Part shown: positions 42,810 through 53,199 of the stretch, piece after piece | Position numbering within the stretch: the first letter of the stretch is position 1 | Layout of the letters: the number at the start of each line of letters is the position of its first letter | From: an uncultured delta proteobacterium | Lineage (GTDB): Bacteria > Desulfobacterota > WTBG01 | Assembly (NCBI GenBank): GCA_963793865.1 | Contig: CAWCBP010000008.1 | Location: 192,001-256,000, forward strand | DNA: 64,000 bases | Reading direction: 5' to 3' | Program-made: the position numbers and the translations under genes | Notes under the pieces: generated by a model | Database searches by the model: none | What the model was told of the DNA's origin: nothing | Seen by the model: only the letters and a program-made list of their open reading frames with translations

Positions 42810-43559
42810 TCAAGGGGCTGACAGCAAAAAAGCCGGTATGAGGGGGGCAATGAAAAGAGGTTGAGTCTTGTCATAGCTGCCCAGCTTAAAACCATACGCG
42901 TCATCTTTACGTATAATGTACGCAACATCAACCGATTTTCTTTCTTCTCCATGAACTGGTAGGCGTGCGGCTGGCCAAAGGTTACCGGGCCCTGTTTTGT
43001 GATGATTTCCAGTGCCCCTGCATCATTCACCTTTAATCCTTCCACGTCCTTGAGCTTGACAGCGATGCTGCCGGGATCTCCTCCGGGCGCAATGGTAAAG
43101 ATCTTTTCCAGATTATCGGTAAAGGCCAGCAATTGCAGCTCAATGCCATCATGAATCGCCCCATAGGATAAACGGTAATAATTCAGATTATCTCCGATCA
43201 ATTGAGCCTTTTTGTTTCATGAAAGCGACCGCAGTTTCCGGGGGTGGTTCAAGCGGGGTAAGAGAGATTTTTTTTTCTGATACTATTTCATTAATAACTA
43301 TGCCGTTTCTGGTGGGAGACGCAAACTTATAGGTGATCATACCCATTTTATCAATATAGATATACCCATCCGAGAGCCTGGCAAAATAGGCTGCCTCTTT
43401 ATTATCAATTTGGCCTTTATTGACAATGAAGGTTACCTGAATGCGGTCAAAGCTCTCCTTCATCCCGGCCGGAGTCGTTTCTTCAGCGATGCCATACGCT
43501 GTTAATACAGGAGAAAATAAAAACATGATAATTATAATCAAATTAAGATGCTTACCCAT
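42810..43559 (-). pseudogene. Secreted protein resembling the N-terminal domain of SBBP beta-propeller proteins, frameshifted twice
   Basis: FIVNKGQID, IAPGGDPGSIAV, GALEI..HAYQ, GFKLGSYDKTQPLFIAP across three frames. Confidence 0.6.
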
Positions 43560-43853
43560 TAAACACAACCCCCTTGCATAAACGTTATAGCTCCTAAGGC
43601 AACGTTGTATTGTATGTTCTCAACTCTTTAAAGTGTTGTTTGCATAACAGATTTATATGTTTTTGTAAAGATAAATTCACCGCGAATCTTTAAAACCAGA
43701 AAACAAGCTAACTACTTAATTCATTTCCTGCAAAGGACGATAAAAGCAACTTCAGCGTGCCCCCTTTACCAATGATAAAAATTATGGTATAAACATAGCA
43801 AATTTTTAGTCGGCATAACAACTGTCTGCTTTTCAAAGAAGGAGGAAGTCGCA

Positions 43854-44363
43854 ATGGGAAAGATTTTTTTCAAGTCACTGGTTGTTCTTCTAAGCTTTCT
43901 GCTACCTGTATGCGGTACCCGGTATTTGTGCCGATAAGGACAAAACTGACTCGAGTGATATTAAGAAGATGGAAGAGACCATTAAGAAACAGGAGGAAAT
44001 GATAAAACGGCTGCAGTCTGAAATAAATAAGCAGCAGAATAGGGTCGAAAAGGCTTCCAGTCAGCCGCAGCTCGAAAGGCAGACATTGTTGAACAGGCCT
44101 TGCGTGAGAGCTGGGGCTGTTGCGGTACCGAATCCCGCGTGGTGAAGATAAATGATGGAACCGTCTCGATTTACTTTAACAATATCCATGATATTATAGG
44201 TTTTTTTGATTCAGGCGCTGAAGGCCATGCCCGCGCTGACCATGCTGTTTTTCTTAAAGCAACCGGCCTGGAGCGCGGCACCATTGAATATTATTCCGCC
44301 GAGAGAAGACTTTATGCCATCTCCGGCAGTCTTGCAGAGGCGAAAACGGCACAATATTATTAA
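43854..44363 (+). pseudogene. Secreted coiled-coil hypothetical protein, frameshifted
   Basis: AAGGAGG SD, signal-like N-terminus, coiled coil MEETIKKQEEMIKRLQSEI, then ORF 44100-44363. Confidence 0.5.
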
Positions 44364-44501
44364 ACGCATGATAAGAGGGGGCACACAAAAATGATGATGG
44401 GTACAGCATCGGTCTGCAGGGGGTTATACAAATATGCCTGAATACCCCGCAGCTCTGTTGGGTTGGTAATGCACTGTCGGGAGATGAGGATGCAAGTAAG
44501 T

Positions 44502-44555
44502 TGCAATGACGAAGGATGAGCGTAACGCAGCAGATGGGTGTTTTTCAACAGCCTG
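44502..44555 (-). repeat. Partial copy of the 6964-7122 element
   Basis: Reverse complement matches 6968-7021 at 53 of 54 nt. Confidence 0.85.
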
Positions 44556-44942
44556 TCAGATAAATTCAACATTTCGGGTGGCTGATTTAACCACGAAAAT
44601 GCGGTTGTTGTTTCCGTTGCAATCGGCGGGTGACATGATAAAACCCGGGCGGTCGGGCGAGTAACCCAGAACGAACCCCACGATAACCTCACCGTCGGCA
44701 AACTCCACCCTGATCTTCCTGCCTCCCCCCTGAATGACGTCATTATAGGTCTCTTTATAATCCTTGTTGCCTTCGATGTCTTTGACAAAAAAGAGGGCCT
44801 TCAGCGTGTCCACGTCCACTGCTTCCGTTGACCCGTCCGTGCAGGTGAAATGAAACCGCGCTTTGTTGGGGAGGAAATCACTGGTAATTCCCTTGCGCAC
44901 GGTACCGTTCTTAAGCTGAATGACCACCTTGTTCTGCTGCAT
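44556..44942 (-). CDS. Conserved hypothetical protein (DUF6982-like)
   Basis: KGITSDFLP..LKALFFVKD..GRKIRVEFADGE..NNNRIFVV; GGGAGG SD. Confidence 0.75.
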   Translation of the reverse strand: MQQNKVVIQLKNGTVRKGITSDFLPNKARFHFTCTDGSTEAVDVDTLKALFFVKDIEGNKDYKETYNDVIQGGGRKIRVEFADGEVIVGFVLGYSPDRPGFIMSPADCNGNNNRIFVVKSATRNVEFI

Positions 44943-45119
44943 GACCCGCCTCCCGAATCATAAACCGGATGCGCCGGCGCTGTCTCAGGCTGGTACTCCT
45001 TGTTCCGCCGGGTCGCCTCCCGGGGAGCTGTGAGAGAGACTACCCACCGTATCGTCAGCAGTGCTGAAATGCATGAGCAAAAATTGCGTGCACGCATTTC
45101 AGACGGATATGCGCGAGCG

Positions 45120-47618
45120 TTACTGAGCGAAGAGAATGTGCGCGTTCGGCTGGTTGTCGATCAGCACGAATTTCACCGCGTCGGCAATAGTGCTGTACGA
45201 ACCGGGCGATGTCAAGGTCACCGTGCACGCGGTCCCCGCTTCAAGCATGTAGGAACCGAGCAGATTCCACTGGCCTCCCCCCGCTTTTTGGTTGACGGCA
45301 ACGGTGTCCAGCACCTCTCCCCCGCAGGTAATGGTTACCGGGCAGCTGCTGCAGCTTGAGAGGAGGGAACTCCACCACAGATATACCTCGTAATAACCGG
45401 CCATGGGCAGGGTCGGCCCCCAGGTGTAGGTGCCGGTTTTGGTCAATACCGCTGAAGTGCCCCTGAAGGCGTCAGTTCTTGGCGCCGTCTTCCATCTTCC
45501 GCTGAAAGAGGTGCAGTCCTCCCCGTTGTCACAGGTTATCTCAACCGGGCCGACATACAGCGTTGAGCGTGCGGGCAGAGACCATATACCCTCGTCGTCC
45601 TGGACGCTGAAGCTTATCTGGTGCGTCCCCTCCGAGAGGCTGGATGCATACAGCAATTCGGTGTTGCCTAATTCTCCATCGCGATCGGAAATCCAGCTGT
45701 AGCCGATTATGCTTCTCCCGGTTGGGGAGGTGCCGCCACCTTCAAGGTAGACTTCCTCGTTTACGTCCGCTGGGTTGGGGGCAATACTGCTGATGTGGGC
45801 CTCGGGCAGGCTTTCTCCGCGATAGACAAGCTTTACCGCGTCAGCGCAGGTTTTGATGTTATAACCCTCTGATTTGAGCGTGACGCTGCATGTGCTGCCC
45901 GCTTCAAGATTGTACGTTCCCAGCGCATTCCACTGTCCGCCCTGAGCCCGCTGGTTGACGGAGAGCGATGCCACTGACTCTCCATTGCAGATGATCTCAA
46001 CCGGACATTTTTTGCAGCCTGTGGGAAGAGCGCTCCACCACATGGAGACATCATAGAAGCCTTTCCGGGGGAGTTCCGGTGCCCAGCTATGAGTCACGAT
46101 CCTGCTGGAAACGCGCGCGGTTCCCTCAAAGGCGTCTTCCCTGGTGGCGGTACTCCACGCGCCGCTGTATGATGAGCAGGTATCGGGGTTGTCGCAGACA
46201 ATGCCCGCCTCCTCGCAGAGGTCGCTTTCCTCGTTGCAGGTGAGCTGTTGGCAGGGATCCCCCGAGTGCACGGTGCAGCCTCCGTCACCGCACGCATCAT
46301 CACCGTTGCAGAAGAGCCCGTCATCGCACAGGGCGGTGTTATTAGTATAAACGCACCCGGTTAGCGGGTTGCATGCATCATCCGTGCAGCTGTTCCCGTC
46401 ATCACAGGCAAGAGGGGTTCCGGCGACACAGCTCCCGCTGGCGACGTCGCAGCGCTCAATCCCGGTGCAGAGGTTGTTATCCGTGCAGTCGCCGTCCTGC
46501 ATGCAGCACCCGGGCAGGGCGGTGTAGACGCAGCCGGTTTGAGGATTGCAGCTGTCGCCGGTACACACGCTGCCATCGTTACAGTCGACGGGGTTGCCGC
46601 CCTGGCAGACCCCGTTCAGGCAGGCGCTCGCCGTGGTGCAGGCATTGCCGTCATCGCAGGAGGCGGTGTTGTTGGTGTGAACACAGCCGGAAGTGGCGTT
46701 GCAGGAGTCGGTGGTGCAGAGGTTGCCGTCATCGCAATTGAGCGCTGTTCCGCCGACGCATGTGCCATTGGAGCAGATGTCGGCGGCGCTGCAGGCATTG
46801 CCGTCATCACAGGAGGCGGTATTGTTGGGATGGGTGCAGCTTCCCGATCCGTTGCAGATATCATTGGTACAGACATTGCCGTCATCAGTACAGGCCGTTC
46901 CGCCGGCGGTAAGACAGTTATCGGCAGCCTCATTGCAGGTGTTGTTGCAGACCGTCCCGCCGCTGCAGGGGTTGCCGGCATGCACGGAGCAGATTCCCCC
47001 GCCGCAGGTGTCACTGCCGTTGCAGAACAGACCGTCGTTGCAGGAGACGGTGTTGTTGGTGTGGAAACAGCCGGACGCGGGGCTGCAGCTGTCCGTGGTG
47101 CAGACATTGCCGTCATCGCAGTTGAGTGTGCTTGTCCCCACGCAGGACCCATTGGAACAGATATCGCCGGTCGTGCAGAGGCTGTTGTCATTGCAGGCCT
47201 GATTGGTGCAGTCGGCATCAGCGCAATCGACTTTGCCGTCCCCGTCATTGTCAATGCCGTCCGCGCATTTTTCCGACCCGGGGGCAACACTGGTAATCTC
47301 GACAGACTTTTGACTCTCGTTAAGGGAGGTGTCAAATGCGGACATGGTTATGTAGTACCGTGTGCCCTCGTTAAGATTGGAGAGTACATAGCTGGTGACT
47401 TTGCCGGGTTCTTTTACAGAGGTGTAATTGCCCGACGATGTTCCGTAGTAAATGCGATATCCGGCAAGATCGGTTTCAGTGTTCGCATTCCAGGCCAGAT
47501 TTAAAGAAGCGCCAAAAACAGGCGGCGCCCCAAAAAATAAAAAAAATCCAATCACAATAAGTGCGGTTATTTCATTTCTAATTTTTTTATCTATTTTGGT
47601 AATCATTGCGCGCTCCAA
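45120..47618 (-). CDS. Secreted/surface repeat protein: FN3 domain, Cys-rich CxDGNxCT repeats, two golvesin/CBM-like domains, PKD-like domain
   Basis: LAWNANTETDLAGYRIYYG; many CDDGNxCT units; duplicated YxVxxWW..VNQxxxGGQWNxLGxY..ADAVK. Confidence 0.8.
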   Translation of the reverse strand: MERAMITKIDKKIRNEITALIVIGFFLFFGAPPVFGASLNLAWNANTETDLAGYRIYYGTSSGNYTSVKEPGKVTSYVLSNLNEGTRYYITMSAFDTSLNESQKSVEITSVAPGSEKCADGIDNDGDGKVDCADADCTNQACNDNSLCTTGDICSNGSCVGTSTLNCDDGNVCTTDSCSPASGCFHTNNTVSCNDGLFCNGSDTCGGGICSVHAGNPCSGGTVCNNTCNEAADNCLTAGGTACTDDGNVCTNDICNGSGSCTHPNNTASCDDGNACSAADICSNGTCVGGTALNCDDGNLCTTDSCNATSGCVHTNNTASCDDGNACTTASACLNGVCQGGNPVDCNDGSVCTGDSCNPQTGCVYTALPGCCMQDGDCTDNNLCTGIERCDVASGSCVAGTPLACDDGNSCTDDACNPLTGCVYTNNTALCDDGLFCNGDDACGDGGCTVHSGDPCQQLTCNEESDLCEEAGIVCDNPDTCSSYSGAWSTATREDAFEGTARVSSRIVTHSWAPELPRKGFYDVSMWWSALPTGCKKCPVEIICNGESVASLSVNQRAQGGQWNALGTYNLEAGSTCSVTLKSEGYNIKTCADAVKLVYRGESLPEAHISSIAPNPADVNEEVYLEGGGTSPTGRSIIGYSWISDRDGELGNTELLYASSLSEGTHQISFSVQDDEGIWSLPARSTLYVGPVEITCDNGEDCTSFSGRWKTAPRTDAFRGTSAVLTKTGTYTWGPTLPMAGYYEVYLWWSSLLSSCSSCPVTITCGGEVLDTVAVNQKAGGGQWNLLGSYMLEAGTACTVTLTSPGSYSTIADAVKFVLIDNQPNAHILFAQ

Positions 47619-47650
47619 TTTTTATGATTTTTTATATTTAAAGCACTTAC

Positions 47651-47666
47651 TGCAAGCCGGATGCCA
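47651..47666 (-). promoter_or_regulatory. Sigma-54 (-24/-12) promoter
   Basis: TGGCAT-CCGGC-TTGCA on minus strand; IHF-like TTTCAATATATTA upstream. Confidence 0.72.
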
Positions 47667-48019
47667 CAGAGAAAATTGCCATCATCATTTTAATATATTG
47701 AAATTTATGATTTATTTTAATTGCCGCGGCTGTCCTCTGGAGGCCGGGGCCGGGAAGAATATGAAAAATTTAAATGTATATGTATGAAAATTTGAAACAT
47801 GACTTCACGGGGACCACTGATGGAAGAATCGCATGGCCTATGGGGGCATTGGCCTTCTTCTTGCTCCGGTTTGCGGTGTACCGGTTCTGTCTTTATGCCC
47901 TGAACTGTATCCGGTTTAGCTGTTGACACCCTTCCGGAAAAATTATATAGAGCTTCTAAAAAGCTCTCGGAGTGCGTAACTGCCCACTCGCGCGTACGGC
48001 ATAGTTGAGGCGTGCAGAC

Positions 48020-49261
48020 ATGAAAGAAGAGCTTTACACCGATCTCAAGAAGCTAAAGATAGATCCTGCGTCTCCCAAGACCCGCTCGTTTCCCGGAAAA
48101 GTGGCGGTTCTGTGCGGTGTCATGGTGATAGCCGGGTTTGCCGTCTTTCTGCTCGTCAGGGACTTTGATGACCCGCGGAAGCAGGTTACGGTGCTGACGG
48201 TGAATGCTCCCCCGGCGGGGGACGGGCCGGTCCTGATGACCGCCGGAGGATATATCGTAGCTGAAAGCGAGGTCACCGTGAGTTCCAAGGTTGCGGGCAG
48301 AATAGACTCTCTAGCGGTGCAGGAGGGCGATCTGGTTCAAAAGGGTGAGGTTATCGCCGTTCTGGACGGTGAAGAGTTTCAGGTGCAGGAGGAGGAGGCA
48401 CGGGCGAACCTGGAAAAAGCGCATCTGCATCTCAAGCATAAGCAGGAGCTGCATCAGAAGGATGTTGCCGAGGTGAAACGGAGACGGGAGCTTTTCCGGG
48501 AGCATCTCATTTCACCTGCCGAATTGGACAAAGAAGAGAAAACCGCGGTTGTTTCCGAGCTCGAACTGGACTCGGCGCAGTCGGAGGTGGAGGTGTGTAA
48601 AAAGCAGCTCGAGCTTGCCCACATCCGCGCCGCGGAATCGATCGTCAGGGCGCCCATAACCGGTACGGTGATCGACAAGATTTCTGATGTGGGCGAAATG
48701 CTCTTTCCCATGAAGACATTTGAAGGCATATCGGGTTCCGCCGTAGTAACCCTGGCTGATTTGAATGTGATGAATGTCGAGGTGGACATCAATGAAGATG
48801 AAATCAATGCCATTCACATCGGCAACCGCGCCCTGATCACCCCCGATTCATTGCCTGAGAAAACCTATGAGGGGGAGGTGACGGCCATTTCACCCATGGC
48901 TGACCGGCAGAAGAATGTGGTGCCCGTCAAGGTCAGGATCAAAAATCCTGATAGGTATCTCAAGCCGGACATGAGCGCCAAAGTGGCATTCCGGGAAAAC
49001 GCATCCGTCATAGCGCCGGAAGCATCAGGAATTACCATACCGCGCGATGCGGTGATTGAGAGGGACGGGAAAGACCTGGTCTTTGTCATAGAAAATGGAA
49101 TCGCCGTGGAACGGGAAGTTCACCTGGGAACGATGCGGGGAGCGGGGGTGGCGGTTGAGAGGGGCTTGACGGGGGGAGAAAAACTGGTGGTTGAAGGCCA
49201 TGCTCATTTGCGGTCCCATGATAAGGTGAGCTGTCAGGAAAGAGCGGGAATAGGCATTTAG
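48020..49261 (+). CDS. Efflux transporter periplasmic adaptor (MacA/HlyD-like)
   Basis: VSSKVAGRI..VQEGD, VRAPITGTV, LKPDMSA; upstream TTGACA-17 nt-TATAGA. Confidence 0.88.
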   Translation: MKEELYTDLKKLKIDPASPKTRSFPGKVAVLCGVMVIAGFAVFLLVRDFDDPRKQVTVLTVNAPPAGDGPVLMTAGGYIVAESEVTVSSKVAGRIDSLAVQEGDLVQKGEVIAVLDGEEFQVQEEEARANLEKAHLHLKHKQELHQKDVAEVKRRRELFREHLISPAELDKEEKTAVVSELELDSAQSEVEVCKKQLELAHIRAAESIVRAPITGTVIDKISDVGEMLFPMKTFEGISGSAVVTLADLNVMNVEVDINEDEINAIHIGNRALITPDSLPEKTYEGEVTAISPMADRQKNVVPVKVRIKNPDRYLKPDMSAKVAFRENASVIAPEASGITIPRDAVIERDGKDLVFVIENGIAVEREVHLGTMRGAGVAVERGLTGGEKLVVEGHAHLRSHDKVSCQERAGIGI

Positions 49262-49295
49262 GCTTCTTATAATTTGATGCTCGCAAGGAGATCAC

Positions 49296-49868
49296 ATGAT
49301 GAAAACGAGCCGTGTTCCGGGATTAATGGTGCTGATGCTCCTGCTGGCGCTGTGTGCCGGCCGCGCTTATTCCCAGGAGAAAAAGCAGGAAGTGCAGAAC
49401 CCCTCCCCGCGGGAGATAGACGCGGCGAAAGAGCACTCCAGGGGGACGGAGCAGATGCTCGCTCAAAAATACAAGGAGGCCATAGTATTTTTCAGGCGGG
49501 CAATAGATCTGAACCCGGACTTTTCAGAGGCATATTACAATCTGGGCATTTCCTACGAGAAGCTTGAGCAACATGAGGATTCGGTTGAGGCGCTGCAAAA
49601 GTCGATCCGGCTCACGCCGGATAACGCCAATGCGCACTATGCCCTGGGATACGCATACTGCCGGCTCAGGCGCTACAAGGATGCAATCGATGCGCTTGAG
49701 CGCTCGCTTGCCTTGAAACCCGACAACGCCTTTGCCCGGGCCAAGCTGGGTTCCGCGTACCTGGCCATGGGCAATAAAGACAAGGCGCAGGAGCAGTATC
49801 AGCTGCTCAAGACACTCAATGCTGCCATGGCCGAGGACCTTCACCGTGAGATTGAAGGGAAAAAGTAA
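49296..49868 (+). CDS. Secreted TPR protein
   Basis: Signal peptide, AYYNLG/AHYALG TPR units. Confidence 0.85.
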   Translation: MMKTSRVPGLMVLMLLLALCAGRAYSQEKKQEVQNPSPREIDAAKEHSRGTEQMLAQKYKEAIVFFRRAIDLNPDFSEAYYNLGISYEKLEQHEDSVEALQKSIRLTPDNANAHYALGYAYCRLRRYKDAIDALERSLALKPDNAFARAKLGSAYLAMGNKDKAQEQYQLLKTLNAAMAEDLHREIEGKK

Positions 49869-49929
49869 ATGCCCGCCCATGCGCGGGATACCGGGCGGCG
49901 CATTCCTGGTACGCTAAACCGAGAACCAT

Positions 49930-51210
49930 ATGAAAGGAACGGCAATGGGACCTAAGAAGAGAAAGCTGGGCAGGGGCGTTGCGATCGTCGGCGCGGGCAT
50001 GTCGCGGTTCGGGGTGTTCAAGGAAAAGGCATCCCGTGACCTCTTTGTGGATGCCTTCCTTGCCATGAAGGCGTCGGTAGACCGGGGGGTTGATGTGAAT
50101 GCGATTGAGGCCCTCTATCTCGGCAATCTTACCAGCGACCTTTTCGAAGGCCAGTGCCATCTTGCCCCCATTATGGCGGATTGGATCGGCATGGTGCCGA
50201 AGCCGGCGACCCGCTTTGAAGATGCCTGCGCAAGCGGAGGGGTGGCCATGCGTGAGGCGATCATCGCCATTGCCTCCGGTTTTTATGACATGGTCCTGGT
50301 GGGCGGAGTGGAAAAAATGTCCAACCTTTCCACCGCGCAGGTGACCGATACCCTGGCCGCGGCGGGGGATATCCTCTATGAAGCCCCGACGGGATTTACC
50401 TTCCCCGGATTTTATGCGGCGATTGCCACGGCCTACATGCATAAGTACGGGGCGAAGGTGGAACATTTCATGAGCGTGGGACTTAAAAATCACCGCAACG
50501 GGGCCCTGAATCCCAAGGCCCAGTACCAGGTCACCATAGAAGATCTGATGGCGCGGAGGATTGCCAAGGTGAAAGAAAAGGGAGGGCCGGTTCCGGCCTG
50601 GCGCGACGTCTGGGATTTTCTTAAGGATGAGGAAGCCAATCCCGTGGTTGCATGGCCCATGCGGCTGTTTGACTGTTCTCCCATCACTGATGGCGCCGCC
50701 TGTCTTCTTCTGGTAGCCGAAGAACTGGCCGGCAGCTTCACGGACAAGCCGGTCCATATCATCGGGACGGGCCAGGGCAGCGGGTCCGCCATGCATGGCC
50801 GTGAAGACGTGACCTCGCTGGAAGGTGCGCTGGCGGCCGCGGCAGAGGCCTATCAGATGGCAGGGGTAACCCCTCAGGACATCAAGATTGCCGAGGTGCA
50901 CGATTGCTTCACCAGCGCCGAGATTATTGCCAGCGAGGACCTGGGCTTGTTCGGGCGGGGGGAGGCATCACGGGCTGCTTTTGAAGGAGCGACCGCGCTC
51001 ACCGGGAGGAGACCGATCAATACCTCGGGGGGACTGAAATCGAAGGGGCATCCCATAGGCGCATCCGGCGTGGCTCAGGCGGTGGAGATATGGACGCAGA
51101 TGAGGGAAGAAGCGGGAAAACGGCAGGTCAAAAACGTCGATCTGGCGCTGACCCATAATGTGGGGGCAACCGGCGGAACCTGCGTGGTGCACATTTACGA
51201 GAGGAGATAA
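49930..51210 (+). CDS. Thiolase domain protein (SCP-x/archaeal type)
   Basis: EDACASGG, EVHDCF, KGHPIGASG. Confidence 0.9.
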   Translation: MKGTAMGPKKRKLGRGVAIVGAGMSRFGVFKEKASRDLFVDAFLAMKASVDRGVDVNAIEALYLGNLTSDLFEGQCHLAPIMADWIGMVPKPATRFEDACASGGVAMREAIIAIASGFYDMVLVGGVEKMSNLSTAQVTDTLAAAGDILYEAPTGFTFPGFYAAIATAYMHKYGAKVEHFMSVGLKNHRNGALNPKAQYQVTIEDLMARRIAKVKEKGGPVPAWRDVWDFLKDEEANPVVAWPMRLFDCSPITDGAACLLLVAEELAGSFTDKPVHIIGTGQGSGSAMHGREDVTSLEGALAAAAEAYQMAGVTPQDIKIAEVHDCFTSAEIIASEDLGLFGRGEASRAAFEGATALTGRRPINTSGGLKSKGHPIGASGVAQAVEIWTQMREEAGKRQVKNVDLALTHNVGATGGTCVVHIYERR

Positions 51211-51214
51211 GCTC

Positions 51215-51637
51215 ATGGCAGAGGAGAGAGAATATACCGCGGCATCTTTTAATGCCTTCTTAAACGAGAAGAAACTGATGGCATCGCGATGCGCGAAATG
51301 CAATGCCGTGTACCTGCCGCCCCGTCCGCTCTGCACGTCCTGTTATGGTGCCGACATGGAGTGGGTGGAGTTGAAGGGCCGGGGGAAGTTGACCGCCTAC
51401 ACGGTCATTGCAGTCGGTCCGACATTCATGGCTGAAGAGGGTTATGACCGGGAGCACCACTACTGCGCGGGAATAGTCCAAATGGAAGAAGGCCCCAGCA
51501 TCAGCGCCCGCGTTCTGGATGTTGATGTCAAGCACCCTCATGCCATTAAGATCGGCACACCGTTGGAAGTCTGCTTTTTGAGCCGGGGTGAAGGAGAAAG
51601 TAAAAAAACATTTCTGGCCTTCAGGAAGACCGGCTGA
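51215..51637 (+). CDS. DUF35 zinc-ribbon/OB-fold protein (thiolase partner)
   Basis: CAKC..PPRPLCTSC..WVELKGRGKL. Confidence 0.9.
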   Translation: MAEEREYTAASFNAFLNEKKLMASRCAKCNAVYLPPRPLCTSCYGADMEWVELKGRGKLTAYTVIAVGPTFMAEEGYDREHHYCAGIVQMEEGPSISARVLDVDVKHPHAIKIGTPLEVCFLSRGEGESKKTFLAFRKTG

Positions 51638-51684
51638 TCAAGGCTGATGTTCCGTTCCCATCCTCAGCTCTGGAAAACGTACCT

Positions 51685-52644
51685 GTGAACCTGCCTTTTA
51701 AACTTCCATCTCACAAGCCGTTTGATGTCGTGGGTCTGGGATTAAACGCGGTGGATTTCCTCTGCGTGGTTCCCCATTTCCCCGCGTATGACAGCAAACT
51801 TAAGATGCTTAATTTCAGGCAGGCGGGCGGTGGCCAGGCAGCCACTGCCATGGTTGCCTGCCGGCGCCTGGGGCTTAAGACCCGGTACGTGGGAAAAATG
51901 GGGGGAGGAGACTTTGGTGATTACTCCCGGAAGAGTCTGGTGGAAGAGGGAGTGGATATTGAAGGGGTGGCAGTGGTGCCGGATACCAGGAACCAATGCG
52001 CCTTCATCCTCATCGACGAGGGCACGGGAGAGCGCACCATCATCTGGGATCGGGACAGCAGGCTTGCGATGCATCCCGGCGAGGTTCCCCGGGAGATTAT
52101 CTGTTCCGCACAGGTCCTGCTGATTGACGGTCATGATGCTGCTGCCGCGGTCCAGGCAGCCCGGTTTGCCAGGGGGGAGGGAATGTGCGTGATCATGGAT
52201 GCTGAACGGATTTCCGATGAAACGGCTGAGCTGGTATCGCTGTCCCATGTGGTCATCGGCGAGAAACGCTTCCCCGAACGCTTCACCGGCTGCGGCAATC
52301 TCAAGGAAGGGCTTACGCAGATTGCGGGCAGAGGTCCGCAGATAGCGGGCGTCACCCTGGGAAGAGAAGGGGCGCTTGCTTTGTATGACGGGCGCTTTTA
52401 TCATTCTCCCGCCTATGAGGTGAGCTGCCGTGACACCACCGGGGCCGGGGATGTATTCCATGCAGCATTCATCAGGGGCCTCTTTGAAGACTGGGACCTC
52501 TCCCGCTGTCTTGATTTTTCCAACGCGGTAGCTGCCTTGAAATGCAGGGACCTGGGAGGAAGGGCGGGCCTGCCCTCGTTCAGCGAAGCGATCGCATTTA
52601 TGGAGAATGGTAAACGCCTTACCGTGCGGCACGCGGGATTTTGA
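51685..52644 (+). CDS. PfkB family carbohydrate kinase
   Basis: GGGQAATA, GERTIIW, DTTGAGDVF. Confidence 0.9.
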   Translation: MNLPFKLPSHKPFDVVGLGLNAVDFLCVVPHFPAYDSKLKMLNFRQAGGGQAATAMVACRRLGLKTRYVGKMGGGDFGDYSRKSLVEEGVDIEGVAVVPDTRNQCAFILIDEGTGERTIIWDRDSRLAMHPGEVPREIICSAQVLLIDGHDAAAAVQAARFARGEGMCVIMDAERISDETAELVSLSHVVIGEKRFPERFTGCGNLKEGLTQIAGRGPQIAGVTLGREGALALYDGRFYHSPAYEVSCRDTTGAGDVFHAAFIRGLFEDWDLSRCLDFSNAVAALKCRDLGGRAGLPSFSEAIAFMENGKRLTVRHAGF

Positions 52645-52764
52645 CCGCTCACGGGCGGGGATGTGTGATCATTCCGGGCTGCATGCAGTAAAACGCGTGA
52701 TGATTGTCTTTCCCCGGCGTGTTTGGGGAATCCCGTGTTATGGTCCGGCAGGGAGGATATACGG

Positions 52765-53199
52765 ATGAAAATGCATGAGCTGATAACCGGCCTGAGGCAC
52801 ATTGGTGTCATCGTCAAGGATGCCGAGCAATCCATGAGCCTGTTCAAGAACCTGCTTGATTTGGATGACAGTGACATCACGGTTGTTTCTTCCCAGGTGA
52901 CCCGTGGCGAAAGTGTATTTTCTTTCATTCCGGCGGGGGGCATAGAGCTTGAGCTGATACAGCCCCTTTCGGAACGCTTCGGTGCCATGCTCGGAAATCC
53001 GCCGGCCGGCATCAATCATATTGCCTTCACGGTTACCAATATCGAAGAGGCGGTGACACGCATGGAAGCAAAAGGCGTCCGGCTAGGTCACGTCACCAGG
53101 GATGGCATTCTCGACATGGGCAGAAGCAAGGTTGCCTATTTTAATCCCGAGGATACGGGCGGGATCCTGATCGAGTTTGTGGAGCCGGTGGAGGAGTGA
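52765..53199 (+). CDS. VOC family protein (methylmalonyl-CoA epimerase-like)
   Basis: HIGVIV, ELELIQP, GINHIAF, TGGILIEFVE; GGGAGG SD. Confidence 0.85.
   Translation: MKMHELITGLRHIGVIVKDAEQSMSLFKNLLDLDDSDITVVSSQVTRGESVFSFIPAGGIELELIQPLSERFGAMLGNPPAGINHIAFTVTNIEEAVTRMEAKGVRLGHVTRDGILDMGRSKVAYFNPEDTGGILIEFVEPVEE

Noticed and set aside
43785..43800. TGGTAT-N5-TAGCA as a third sigma-54 promoter
   Set aside because: Correct spacing but a weak -12 element in AT-rich DNA; insufficient support
46200..47260. Recurring TTGCCGTCATC units as a CRISPR array
   Set aside because: They encode the CDDGN protein repeats, vary at wobble positions and have related spacers; no cas genes
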